Shown here piece after piece: positions 47,801 to 60,639 of a stretch of 64,000 nucleotides of DNA. The notes under the pieces are model-generated. The model saw only the letters and a list, made by a program, of their open reading frames with translations, was not told the origin of the DNA and did not search any database. A program made the position numbers and the translations under genes. How positions within the stretch are numbered: the first letter of the stretch is position 1; every line of letters starts with the position of its first letter. Source of the DNA: Octopus sinensis (taxonomy: Eukaryota); the NCBI RefSeq assembly GCF_006345805.1, contig NC_043003.1, forward strand, positions 100,254,001-100,318,000, given 5' to 3'.

Positions 47801-48420
47801 CACACACTACTTTACATATGTGCATATACATAAATAGAAACAATCTTACATCCAGATTCTCCAACCCATACCAGCATGGGAATCAAACATTGGACTGAAA
47901 GAACTGAACAGCTGTATAGATGTAAATACAATTTTTTTCTTCTTTCTTTCTTCCTTCTCTTTTCTGTTGACACTCCTTTCAGATACACAGGCACCCACAC
48001 ACACACTCTCTCACTGGACAATGATGAAAAGAAATCCAGACAATTTTTTGAAAAATAACTTTTATCAAAACAAGAACCCCACTCCCTTGGAGTAGCCACC
48101 TGGTTTTGCCATTTTCAAAGGCCAAGAATCACTTTCTATTGAAAGAACTGACCAGCTGTATAGATGTAAACACATTTTTTCTTCTTCTCTCTTCCTTCTT
48201 TTTTTTCCTTCTCTTTTCCATTGACACTCCTTTCAGATACACAGACACACACTCTCTCTCACTTTCTCCCCATTCCTCACCCTCTTTTACTATCCTATAT
48301 CTCTCTCCACCCCTACACACTCAATAATACTATAAAAAGAGATGAATCTTCTCAAAAAATTCAAATCTGAAGAATCCACTAGAGTGGATGTAAGCGCTAA
48401 TATATGATTTATAAAAATAT
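44860..48420 (+). mobile_element. Penelope-like element (RT + GIY-YIG) with tandem 3' pseudo-LTRs and an inverted 5' pseudo-LTR copy
   Basis: RT motifs FYGLPKVHK, MRPIV, SYIRGDIDFL, GTAMGTKFA, YLDDCF. GIY-YIG NVIYCITCPTCKENYIGETG (~47464-47520). 44870-45060 is the reverse complement of 48130-48320; another partial copy at 47890-48020. Confidence 0.9.
48367..48399 (+). ncRNA. Probably inactivated minimal hammerhead in the Penelope pseudo-LTR
   Basis: CTGAAGA-ATCCAC/taga/GTGGAT-GTAA-GCGC-TA. GAAA is mutated to GTAA; palindromic GCGC typical of PLE mini-hammerheads. Confidence 0.5.
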
Positions 48421-48713
48421 GTTACATATTAATAAAAATCTGTAATTATAAAACCATCCAGATTTCTGAGTACCTTATTTCATCTAATATATAATACCTG
48501 TACATCACCTCCAAACCTTCTAATATATGTGTTTGTATATGTATATATATGTATATGTGTATATATATATATGTGTGTGTGTGTGTGAATATATATATAT
48601 ATATGTATGTATATATATATTTAGTTAATCCAAACAAGAAAGCACAAAAAAACACAACAACGCGAGGACGTGGAACAAATATAGTATTATTGGATGCTCA
48701 GAAAAGAAGGAGG

Positions 48714-48748
48714 GTTTAACGTTTCGAGCGAAGCTCTTCGTCAGAAAC
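48714..48748 (-). ncRNA. Minimal type I hammerhead ribozyme in a ~200-bp PLE-like pseudo-LTR fragment (~48620-48820)
   Basis: GUUU-CUGACGA-A-GAGC/uuc/GCUC-GAAA-CG-UU-AAAC; palindromic AACGUU in place of helix III. Confidence 0.7.
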
Positions 48749-50083
48749 ATAGAAGGAAAGATCCAGAGAAGGGAAGACAGAGGGAAGAAAAATCGCCAAC
48801 GGTACACACTAGGTCACATTGTATATTTATGTATATATAGGTATATAATATATATGCATATATAGGTATATAATATTTATATGTATATATGTATATATCA
48901 CAGCTGCATCCTCGTTACACAAGAAAGGCCTTTGCCAAGAAGACTTACTGAAATGAATCATGATTGTTGCCATGTGGATGCCCTTATATGACTTTTAAGC
49001 CCGGCCAAGCTTTTATATATATATATATACATGTATATGTGTGTGTGTGCAGCTGTGTACATATGTATATACATAATATATATGTTATGTATGTGAGGTA
49101 TATATGAGATAATAGTTTCAGTATTAATAGCAAAACTATTAAATTGTCTTGTCAAAAAGTGATGGATGGATTTCCATTTGACCTCCGGCCTGAGCTGTGT
49201 TACTGAAGATTCAGCTGGACAGCAGGTGACCTAGATAAGTAGAAACTACTCCTATGCATCTATTCTACTACTCTAGGATGACTGTTATAAATACGGTTTC
49301 CTTAGGCACAAGATAAGCAGTCAGCTTGCAACAGCCAACAGAGAGCCACTTAGCGAACAATGATAGCCAATGACACAACACAGTAGCAGAACACAAACAG
49401 ACAGAATAGAAAAGCAACATGACCCTACCAAATGACCAACGCATACACAGACACAAAATATGCCATGTATTTTCTCATCAAATCAACATTCTACTTCTGT
49501 TGTTTTTTTTTTACTTTGCCAACTTGAAGCAGTTGGTAACTTTATGTAGCAGCCTTCATTGATATTGTAAATCAAACTTTGTGTATCCAAAATGTAAATG
49601 CAAGTGTTGATCAAGTGAATTATTTAAACTATATTCTGATGCTTTCCTCATTGTCCTTTGATGTTGTCCAGCATGCCTTTCTCCATCTGCTACACCCGAC
49701 AACGTACACTTAATTATCAACAAAACCTTTTGCTACCTATCCCATTACAAATCTATCCAATGCAGTTGAGGGTATGAAAAAGAAGTAGTGAGATGAAGAG
49801 TTGAAGGATGTTGAGCCTCTTTAACATGATGATACAGGATTTTAAAATCAAATTGTGTAAAGCACCATCATTTAACTCATCTTTTTTTTCTCTTTTTATA
49901 AAGTTGAAGTAAAGTTGATGAGACAACACTGGCAACTTGGTTTTGTCACTCACAGTTTTAACTTCAAATACCTTCATATTACAATAGCAATTAGAACCAA
50001 ATTGAGAAAAATTTTATTTCCCATATTTCATATCATTTATTTTTATTTCTTGTTCATTTAAATTTCATTTTATATTTTATTAG

Positions 50084-50169
50084 AATTTGAAATTGTGCAC
50101 ATGGATGAATTCATAGATGAACTTTTGAGAGAAGAGAGAATTTATGACATTATTTTGCCCCGCATTCAG
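50084..50169 (+). CDS. PRPF38A: PRPF38A coding exon 4
   Basis: (E)FEIVHMDEFIDELLREERIYDIILPRIQ; ttattAG / GTAATC. Confidence 0.97.
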
Positions 50170-50173
50170 GTAA

Positions 50174-50330
50174 TCATCATCAGCATCATTTAATTACCAT
50201 TTTCCATGCTGGTATGGGTTGGAGAGTTTGACAGGAGCCAGCAAGTCTGAAGACATCATGCTCCAGCTAGATACCCTTACATATGCCAATGCCAACCATT
50301 TTACTGCATCTACTGAGTACTTTTTTGTAG
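50174..50330 (-). mobile_element. Degenerate RTE-tailed SINE 3' part abutting the exon 4 donor
   Basis: atcatcatcagcatcatttaattaccattttccatgctggtatgggttgg is the antisense family tail. Confidence 0.65.
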
Positions 50331-51229
50331 TATCATCACTAGTGAAGTTGTTATGCAGCCTGAAAGACTAGAATCTTCTTTGACTAAGTAGAGCTACAGT
50401 AGGGACCTAAACGGTTTTATGCTATGGAATGAGGGACTAAAGTGTGAGTGAAGGGGCCAGAACAAAACAGGTTTCTTGCTTCTGAGAAGGTATATGGCTA
50501 CTCACATTATAGAAGAGAGGGTGAAGTGCCTGAGATGGATCTGGAAAGAGATGAAAATATAGCTTCTTGATAAATAATTAAAGTCTAAATATCATCATTG
50601 TTTTTCATCCACATTTCTTTGCTTGCATGAGTTAGATGGAATTTATTAAGGCAGATTTTCTGCAGTCAAATGCCCTTCATGCTGTCAATTCACAGCTGTT
50701 TCCCCATAGCCAGAAGATTAGAAATAAGGACACCACTTCTATGACAAGGACACTCATTTTTAACTGTTGTGCAATGTCAAGGCAAGAAGGCACACACATA
50801 TATGTATATATATGTAATGGAGTTCTTTCAGTTTTAGTCTCCTATATCCACTCTTATGAATTTCATCAACTGGAGGCCATAATAGAAGAGACACTTGTTC
50901 AAGTATCATGCAGAGAGACTGAAGCAAAAACCATGTGGCAGTGGAAATCTTTTATCTTGTTTCAGTCATTAGACTGTAGCCATACTGGGGCCCTACCTTG
51001 AAGAATTTTAGTTGAATGAATTGATCCCAGTACTTATTTTTTTTAAAGTACTGGTACTTATTCTATTGGTGCAAACTTATCTAACTCTTTAGCATTTAAT
51101 CTGGTCATATCTGGCCCAAATATTCCACCCACTAATATCCTTCTAAAATTAAACCATTGCATCATTGAAGTCTCAAAACTACAAGTTAATACATGATTAA
51201 TTCAAAACAATGAATAAATATGCATAACA

Positions 51230-54200
51230 TCATCATCGTTTAACATCCGTTTTCCATGCTAGCATGGGTTGGATGGTTTGACCGGGGTGTGGGAAGCCAG
51301 GAGGCTGTGCCAGGCTCCAGTCTGATCTGGCAGTGTTTCTACAGCTGGATGCCCTTCCTAACACCAACCACTCCAAGAGTGTAGTGGGTGCTTTTTACAT
51401 GCCACCGACACGGGTATCATAACTTCAATTTCCATTTGATTTTTACTTTGATGTTGATGTTGACATACTTGACTCAATAGGTCTCCTCAAGTACAGCAGG
51501 TCACTCTACAACCCAAGGTTAGCACAGCAGGTTGTCCTGCGAGCCATGAACTCACTTCATTTGTCAGGTCTTCACAGTCACAGCATATCTCCAGGGGTCT
51601 TGGTCTTTTGTCATAGGCTCTGTGAGGCCCAGCGTTCAAAGGTCATGCTTGACCACCTCGTCCCATGTCATCCTGGGTCTACCTCTTTTAGAGTGGCACT
51701 TCTTCACATATTTCTCCTCATCCATCCGTAGTACATGACCATACCAACGCAAACGTCACTCCTGCATGCTGCATCCGATGCTTCTTATGTCCAACATTTC
51801 TTTCAGGGCACTTACACTCTGTTGTGCATGGACACTGACATTACTCATCCAGTGGATCATGCTAGCTTCATTTCTTTCGAGCTTACACATGTCCTCCATA
51901 GTCACAGACCATGTTTCACTGCCATGAAGCATGGCATTTCACACACATGCGTCGTGCAATCTACCTTTCACTCTGAGCAAGAGACCCTTTGTTGCCAGTA
52001 GGGGATAAAGCTTTCTAAACTTTGCCCAGGCTATTCTTATTCTGGTGGTAACACTCTCTGAGCATCCACCCCCACTACAAACTTGGTCACCTAGGTAGTG
52101 GAAACTATCAACTACTTTGAGTTTATCCCTCTGGAGTGTAATGGAATCTGTTTTCTGTGTATCTGTGGTGTCTATTGCCCCTGTGCATCTGCCACACACG
52201 AAAGCTATCTTCTCGATTAATTTTCCTTTGATGTTGCTGCACATCTTATGGAGTTTCTACCTACACATTTTCTACAGATTGAGCAGGGCCACCTACCTAA
52301 GGGGGTGTGTGGTGAGTTTGCCTTCCTACTTACTAGAACTTTGGTCTTTGCTACTCTAAGGCCTTTTGATTCTAAACCTAGCTTCCACACCCGAAATTTC
52401 TTTTCTAGTTCTGGTAGTGATTCTGCTATGAGGGCCAGGTCATCCACATAGAGAAGTTCCTAGAGGCAACCCGTTATTCCTCTGTTATTGCCTGGAGGAC
52501 TATGATGAATAAAAGGGAACTGAGGGCTGAACCTTGGTGGACGCCTACTTCTACCAGGAATTCTTCACTATACTCATTGCCAATCCTAACCTTACTAACA
52601 GCCTCTCTGTAAAGGGCCTGTACAGCCCTTATTAACCATTCGTCAATCTCCAGTTTCTGCATCGCCCACCAGATAAGGGATCAGGGGACCCTGTCAAAGG
52701 CTTTCTCCAAGTTCACAAAAGCTAAGTATAGGGGTTTATCTTTAGCTAGGTATTTCTCCTGCAGTTGTCGAACCAGGAATATGGCATCAGTGGTGCTTCT
52801 ACCCGGAACAAAACCGAACTGCATCTCATCTAAGCAGACTCTCTCCCTAATGAGATGGGCTATGACCCTCTCCGTGACCTGCATCACCTGATCCAGCAGT
52901 TTGATACCCCTGTAGTTATTTCTATCTAGAGCATCACCTTTACCTTTGTAGCAGTTGACTATGGTGCTGCTACGCCAGTCATTGGGTATGACTCCATTAT
53001 GAACTACCTAGTTTACAATGCAGCTGACTAGGCCATAGCCCACATAGCCAGCTGTTTTAAGCATCTCAGCATTGATTCCTGATGGGCCGGAGGCTTTACC
53101 TGGTTTCATACCCTTAATTGCCTTAACTACAAAGGAGCTGTCTATTCGGATGGCTGGTCCTTCTTCTGGGTCAAAATTTGGCAGGCTCTCCTCCTCCCAT
53201 TCATTCTCCACATTCAGCAGTCTTTCATAATGGCTTCTCCAAGCCTCTTTCTTTTCAGAATCATTAAAAGCAAGTGCCCCATCATTCATTCAGACACATT
53301 TCTCTCCTATGACATCGTAATTTTCTCTCACACACTGTCTTGCAATCTGAAATACCTCAGTTCTTTGGTCCTCACATCGCTAGACATTGGCAAACTTCTT
53401 TTCCGCTTCGCTCTTGGCTATGTATACCTGCCACCCAGCCTCCCTTTTGGCTACCTTGTACAGTTCCCTGCTACCCCCATCCTTCCAGGCTTTCCAGGCC
53501 TGTTTCTTTGCTCTAATGGCCTTGTCTACTGTACTATTCCACCACCACGTAACTCTAGGTCTGGAAGGGACTTTGCACCAGCCACAGACTTGGTCTGTGG
53601 CACTCAGCAAGCTGTACCGTAGGAATTTACAGCTACCTTCTATGTCCGATGTCTGTAGCTCCTCCCTCTCCTCAAATTTCTTGATGAGGATGTCCCTAAA
53701 TCTCTGACCATGTGAAGGGTTCTTTAGCTTCCAAATACTTTTCTGGATTGGTCTGCTTCTTGGTATCCTTCTGGCCTCGAGCCTAAAGTCACTAATGACT
53801 AGCCTATGCTTGGAGGTACATTCTTCACCCGGCAGGGTCTTTGTATTTAAAAGCAACCCTGCGTCCCGCTGTCTGGTGAGGATGAAATCAATCTGGCTAG
53901 CAGAGTCCCCTGATTGATAGGTTATCAGGTGGCTGTCTGGCTTCCTGAAGTTAGTGTTGCAGATTAAAAGGTTACATGCATCACAGAATTCCAATAGCCT
54001 GGTTCCCTCATCGTTTCAGGTGCCAATACCATGGCCACCGTGTACTCCAGTGAAGATACCCGATTCCTGCCTGACATGCCCATTAAAGTCTCCAGCCACA
54101 AAGATGAGGTCACTGCTACTCGTCTTTCAGGTAGCCTGTAGAAGGGTATCATAAAAGTGGTCCTTCTGATCATTTGGTAGCCCCACATGTGGGGTGTAGG

Positions 54201-54830
54201 TGGAGATAATAGCTGTGCTATTCTGCAGGACTAGCCTGAGCTGAAACACTCTATCATATACTGTAACAACCTCTATAACCTTATCCACCCATTTCTTTGT
54301 GAGGTGTATGCTTACACCCCTGACACCATCCATGTTACCTTGCCAGAAGACTTTATACCTATGTGCCTTGCCTGTGAGGACCCTAGCTGAAGCTCCTCTC
54401 CAGCTTACCTCTTGTACGCAGCATACATCAACCCATCTCCTTTCAAGCATCTCTACAATCTCACTAGACCTACCTTTCATTGTGCCAACTCTGAAAACTG
54501 GGAAGGGAATGTGGGGTGAAGTTTGGGGAGGAGGGATGTTGTTCAGCACCTGAAAAGAAGAGATTTGTTGTGGTGGTGTTCGTTTGTTAGGCATGTTTCA
54601 TCTGTTCTCTCTTCCGACCTGACAACATTCAAGCATTCAGGCATGTTAAGATTGTTGCCCTTACTGGAGGTAGGAGCTGGTGTTAGCAGTGTTGTAAGCA
54701 TAAGTATTATGGTCATCGAATGATAAGCATTCAGGCGTGTTAAGATTGTTACCCTTACTGGAGGTAGGAGCTGGTGTTAGCAGTGTTGTAAGCATAAGCA
54801 TTATGGTCATGGAATGATGTAGATTCAAGT
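51230..54830 (-). mobile_element. Near full-length degenerate RTE LINE (APE + RT)
   Basis: APE motifs (VGTMKGR..E, VDVCCVQE, SQIDFIL), RT motifs (NNYRGIKLLD, QFGFVPGRST, EKAFDRVP, GVHQGSALS, LLYVDDL), (ATG)n tail at ~51230. Confidence 0.92.
54631..54818. repeat. Tandem duplication, 94-bp period, in the RTE 5' region
   Basis: aagcattcaggc(a/g)tgttaagattg... starts at 54631 and 54725. Confidence 0.9.
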
Positions 54831-56456
54831 GGGGTAGCAAAATATGGATATTCCAATGTTAGATTAGGAGGGAGTCAGCTGAAACTGGTTGCGTTTGCCC
54901 GGGTAGAGGGGGATTGCAAGAATAATGGAGAGTACCACCAGCGGGGAAGGGTTCAGACAGAGAGAGGAAACATGCTCATTCCTATATATACACAAGCACA
55001 CCCACACACAGGAATAAGCACACATGGGCAACCAAATAGCTTCTCCTTCACTTCATAATGCCAAGGAAAATTCCTGGGTAGTAGTTGACGTGTTTCTATA
55101 CAGAATGAAAATGGAACGAAAGATAACCGGTTAAGTAGGTGGGCAGATACCTGGTTGCATTAGTAGAGAAATGAGGGAGAGAGATAAGAGAGAGTGCAGG
55201 AATATAGGGAACAGCACCAGTGAAGAGGGGGAATTGGGAGAAGAGATAACTGGAAGGGGTGGTAACAAATTTCTCAACAGAACGAAACCTAAGATAGTCA
55301 GTGAAATATGTGTGAGAATAGACACCGGTAATGGTGATGGGAGAAGGGATATCTGGTGTAGATGGTGGGACAATAGGATAGAGATATCCGGTATTGGTGG
55401 TGGGGGTGGGAAAGGGCTGGTGCACCACGAACAAACAAAGTTTTGTTTGGGGACAGAAGAACGAGATATGGTAATAAAGATGAGATTAAAAAGGTGGAGA
55501 AACAAGTAATTAACTTAACGAAATTATGAGATAGAATTAAAAATTATATTTTGAGGGGACATTTTCAATGGTTAGCTCATGAAAAATAACAAGCTGTTAG
55601 TAAATAATACATTTAAGGTGTTAAAGGCAAATGCATACAAGAATGGAAAATGAGAGAGAAAGACTTTTAGCTTAGCTTCTCGGACATCGTTTGGCGAAGG
55701 AATGGAAAGAGATGACATGAGACGAGAGTTTTTAAACAGATAAGCTGCAACTGGAAGTGAGTTTAGTTTGGGGACAGAGAGACAAAAATATGGTGATAGA
55801 ATTAAATTGAACAGACTGGGAAGTGAGGAGAAACGAGTAAGCAAAGTTTTGTTTGGGACAGAAGGACGAGATATGATAATAAAGACGAGATTAAACAGGG
55901 GAAGAAACGAGTAATTAACTTAACAAAATTATATGAGATAGAACATCTGACAGTAATCTGAACACTAAAGGGTTAAAAAATTTTTTAGAATTCTTCATTG
56001 TTGAATTGTTTTATTTGTTGGAATGGTTTTATGGCTGGATGCTCTGTCTGCCTATTATAACTGAATGTCCTACATACAGTAAAGTAAGACAAACTGGAAA
56101 AGAGTCAGGTGGCTGTATTGTGCCAATGGCCAATGGCTGCATATATATACATGAAAATTTATACAATGGCTGCATATGTATACACGAAAAAAAAAATGGA
56201 AAAATTCAACAATTGAAGATACTTTAAAATTAATCTGAATAAATTTTATATTTAAATCTCTGAGGTATGTTATTACAAAGAAAATTAAAATTTTCATGTA
56301 GATGTAAATGATGACATTAAATTGTGTAGAAAATTGAAATTGTCCTTTGATGAAGTAAGCAATTGCAAGTTTTATTAATGAATTGACTAAATTATAATGT
56401 TTTGAAACTTGACTTGAGAAAAAATACATGACAGAATTGTTATTTGTATTTCACAG

Positions 56457-56558
56457 AAAAGGAGTGTGCTAGAAGATACGAATCAATTAGAACCACGAAT
56501 AAGTGCTTTAGAGGAAGACATTGAAGATGTAGAGTCTTCAGAAGAAGAAGAAATTATT
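56457..56558 (+). CDS. PRPF38A: PRPF38A coding exon 5
   Basis: KRSVLEDTNQLEPRISALEEDIEDVESSEEEEII; ttcacAG / GTAAGT; phase 0. Confidence 0.96.
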
Positions 56559-56729
56559 GTAAGTAATTGTTTCAGTTGTTATCTAAAAATAACATATGGT
56601 TGCTTACAACCATATCATGTTCTCATCTAGTCACCAAAGTTAAGCAACATTCAGCCTTGTTAGTTCTTTAGATGGATGAACATTTAAGAAACCTAAATGC
56701 TGTAAAGTATCACTTTTTAGACATAGACA

Positions 56730-56960
56730 TGCCTCAGTGGTTAAAAAGTTTGGTTTCCAACTACATGGTTTCAGGTTCAGTCCCACTGTCTGGTATCTTG
56801 GGCAAGTGTCTTCTACTATAGCTCCGAGTTGCCCAAAGCCTTGTGAGTGGATATGGTTGGCAAAAACTGAAAGAAGCATGTTGCATACATATATATATAT
56901 GTATGTGTGTGTGTCCTTGTCTTGACATTGTATGTTACTTGTAAATGTGTCACTGTCATA
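56730..56960 (+). mobile_element. Degenerate tRNA-derived SINE
   Basis: ggttcagtcccactg...cttgggcaagtgtcttctactatagc. Confidence 0.75.
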
Positions 56961-57744
56961 CAAGCATTGTCATTCATTTCCAATAGTCCACCCACACTTA
57001 ACACGAAAAATTTCTCACACACTCTACCACAGTAAACCAACTTACATCTCTTCTCTTCCTCACATTTCCACTTCATTCCCCAATCCTGTCCTCTTGGCCC
57101 TGTGCCACTGTGTCATTGCTCTCTGCTAGTTCTGACTTGTGTGTTTTACCTATGCTCCTCTCATTGTATCATTGCGTATGCCTGGCACTTTGCCACCATC
57201 TCTATCCTGCCGTTTCTCTCTCTCTCTCTCTCTCCTGCACTTCCCTCAGGTTGGGTAACCATGTATTTCCTTTGCGGTAGCACACCTGTTTCTGTCTTCA
57301 TTCCTGATCTCTTTCTCCCTAGCTGGGTAACCTTGTACATCTTCTACAGCAAGACACCTGTTTCTGTCTCTCTGCCTCACTATAACCTTTCAACATCTGA
57401 TACAAGATCACCTTCTCCAATGCCCCCTCTCCTCTCAAAAGAGTTTCTATTTTTTTCTTGCAAGTACTTGGTGACCCTGTCAGTGCAGGTGCTACTTAAA
57501 AGCATCCAGTCCACATTGTAAAGTGGTTCGTGTTCAGAAGAGCATCCAGCTGTAAAAACTTTGCCTAAACTGACCTCTCCTGTGCTTGTGCCATGTGAAA
57601 AGCACTCAGTCCACTCTGCTGAGTGATTGGTGTTAGGAAGGGTATCCAGCTGTAAAAATCCTGTGAAAACAGTTACAGAAGTCTGGTATTTTTATTCACA
57701 AAGAAGAATTTCCCTAACTTAATTTTTTGATTTTAAGACTATTC

Positions 57745-60610
57745 ATCATCGTTTAACGTCCGCTTTCCATGCTAGCATGGGTTGGACAGTTCAACTGGGG
57801 TCTGGGAAGCCAGAAGGCTGCGCCAGGCCCAGTCTGATCTGGCAGTGTTTCTACAGCTGGATGCCCTTCCTAACGCCAACCACTCCATTTGTGTAGTGGG
57901 TGCTTTTTACGTGCCACCTGCACAGGTGCCAGACAAGGCTGGCAAACGGCCACAATCGGATGGTGCATTTTACGTGCCACCGGCACGGAGGCCAGTCGGG
58001 GCAGCACTGGCAACGGCCACATTCGGATGGTTCTCTTACGTGCCATCGGCACTGGTATCACTGCTACAATTTCCATTGATGTTGATCGATTTCGATTTTG
58101 ATTTTCACTTGTCTCAACAGGTCTACACAAGTAGGGTTTGTGTCATAAGAAGGAAAGGTATGCATAATTGGACTGGCTACGTCACAGGTAGAGGCCACGG
58201 GTTATGGTCTCACTTGTCCTGCCGGGTCTTCCCACGCACAGCATACTTCCAAGGTTTCGGTCTCTGGTCATTTCCTCGGTGAGACCTAATGTTCGAAGGT
58301 CGTGCTTCACCACCTCGTCCCAGGTTTTCCTGGGTCTACCTCTTCCACAGGTTCCCTCAACCGCTAGGGTGTGGCACTTTTTCACACAACTATCCTCATC
58401 CATTCTCGCTACATGACCATACCAGCGCAAACGTCTCTCTTGCACACCACAACTGATGCTTCTTAGGTCCAACTTTTCTCTCAGGGTACTTACACTCTGT
58501 CGAGTATGAACACTGACATTACACATCCATCGGAGCATACTGGCTTCATTTCTTGCGAGCTTACGCATGTCTTCAGCAGTCACGGCCCAAGTTTCACTGC
58601 CATGTAGCATGGCTGTTCATACACATGTGTCATACAGTCTGCCTTTTATTCTGAGCGAGAGGCCTTTTGTCACCAGCAGAGGTAATAGCTCTCTGAACTT
58701 TGCCCAGGCTATTCTAACTCTAGCAGTTACACTTTCAGCACACCCGCCCCCGCTACTGGCTTGGTCACCTAGGTAACGGAAACTATCAACTATTTCTAGT
58801 TTTTCTCCCTGGAATGTAGCAGAAGTTGGTCTCTGAGCATTTTCAGTGTTTATTGCTCCTGAGCAACTGCCACATACAAAAACTATCTTCCTAGTTAACC
58901 TTCCTTTGATATTGCTGCACCTCTTATGTGTCCATAGTTTACACTTGGTGCATCTTATAGAGTTTCTACCTACGCCTTTTCTACAGATCGAGCAGGGCCA
59001 TCTACCTGAAGGTGTTTGTGATTTCTCTGCCTTCCTACATATTAGGACTTTGGTTTTAGCTAGGTTGATTTTAAGGCCCTTCGATTCTAATCCTTGTCTC
59101 CACACTTGAAACTTTGCCTCTAGTTCTGATAGTGACTCAGCAATTAGAGCAAGGTCATCAGCATATAGGAGCTCCCAGGGGCATCCTGTCTTGAATTCCT
59201 CCGTTATCGCCTTAGAGAAGCTCCTAGAGGCAACCCGTTATTCCTCTGTTATTGCCTGGAGGACTATGATGAATAAAAGGGGACTGAGGGCTGAACCTTG
59301 GTGGACGCCTACTTCTACCAGGAATTCTTCACTATACTCATTGCCAATCCTAACCTTACTAACAGCCTCTCTGTAAAGGGGCTGTACAGCCCTTATTAAC
59401 CATTCGTCAATCTCCAGTTTCTGCATCGCCCACCAGATAAGGGATCAGGGGACCCTGTCAAAGGCTTTCTCCAAGTTCACAAAAGCTAAGTATAGGGGTT
59501 TATCTTTAGCTAGGTATTTCTCCTGCAGCTGTCTCACCAGAAATATGGCATCGTAGGTGCTTTTCCCTGGCATGAAACCAAACTGCATCTCATCCAAGCT
59601 GACTCTCTCCCTAATAAGTTGGGCTATGATCCTCTCCGTAACCTTCATTACCTGATCCAAAAGCTTGATACCTCTGTAATTATTTGTATCTAATGCGTCA
59701 CCTTTACCTTTGTAACAGTTGACTATGGTGCTGCTACACCAGTCATTGGATATGACTCCTTCGTATATCACCTGGTTAACTATACGGGTGACTAGGCTAT
59801 AGCCGACACTACCAGATATTTTAAGCATCTCTGCAGTAATTCCTGATGGGCCTGGGGCTTTCCCTGTCTTCATGCTTCTAATTGCTTTAACTACTAAGGA
59901 ACCGTCAACTCGGATAGCTGGTCCCTCTGTTGGGTCGACATTAGGCAGACTCTCTTTATCCCATTCATTTTCTTTATTTAGCAGCCTCTCATAATGGTGT
60001 CTCCATACCTCTCTCTTTGCATCCTCATTCAGCGCAAGTGAGCCATCATCCATGCGAATACATTTCTCTCCTACCACATCACGATTCTCTCTCACACACT
60101 GTCTTGCAACAATACCTCAAGTCTTTGGTCCTCACGGCGCAGAACATTGGCAAATTTTTTCTTATCTGCTTCCCCTCTGGCTAAATAAACCTGTCTCCTA
60201 GCTTCTCTTTTGGCAGTCTAATACAACTCCCTGCTACCACCATTTTCCCAGTCCTTCCAAGCCTGTCTCTTTTCTCTAATAGCCCTGTCTACAACATTGT
60301 TCCACCACCACGTTATTTTGGGTCGAGAGGCGACTTTGCACCAGCCACAGATCTGGTCAATGGCTCTCAGCAGGTTGTCCCTTAGAGACCTCCAGTTGTC
60401 TTCTACCCCATGTGAAGCTATATCCCCTTCTACTTCGTCAAAGGCTTCAAGTAATATGTCCCTAAGTCTCTGTCCATTCGCAGGATCTTTAAGCTTCCAG
60501 ATCCTTCTTCTCCACGTTGGTCGTCTTCTGGTCATTCTCTTAGTCCTGATCCTAAAGTCATTAACTACCAGTCTATGTTGTGAGGTAAATTCTTCGCCTG
60601 GGAAGGTTAA
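57745..60610 (-). mobile_element. 5'-truncated RTE LINE with SINE-like 3' tail
   Basis: ORF fragments 60218-60625, 59445-60095, 58617-59105 and 58182-58610 (LHGSETW, LRWYGHV, GRPRKTW); tail at 57745. Confidence 0.92.
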
Positions 60611-60639
60611 ATGTGGAAATGGCATGAGAGCAAGGGAGT

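Noticed and set aside
55096-55509. Overlapping 110-124-aa ORFs on both strands
   Set aside because: Purine-rich low-complexity sequence; no domain recognised.
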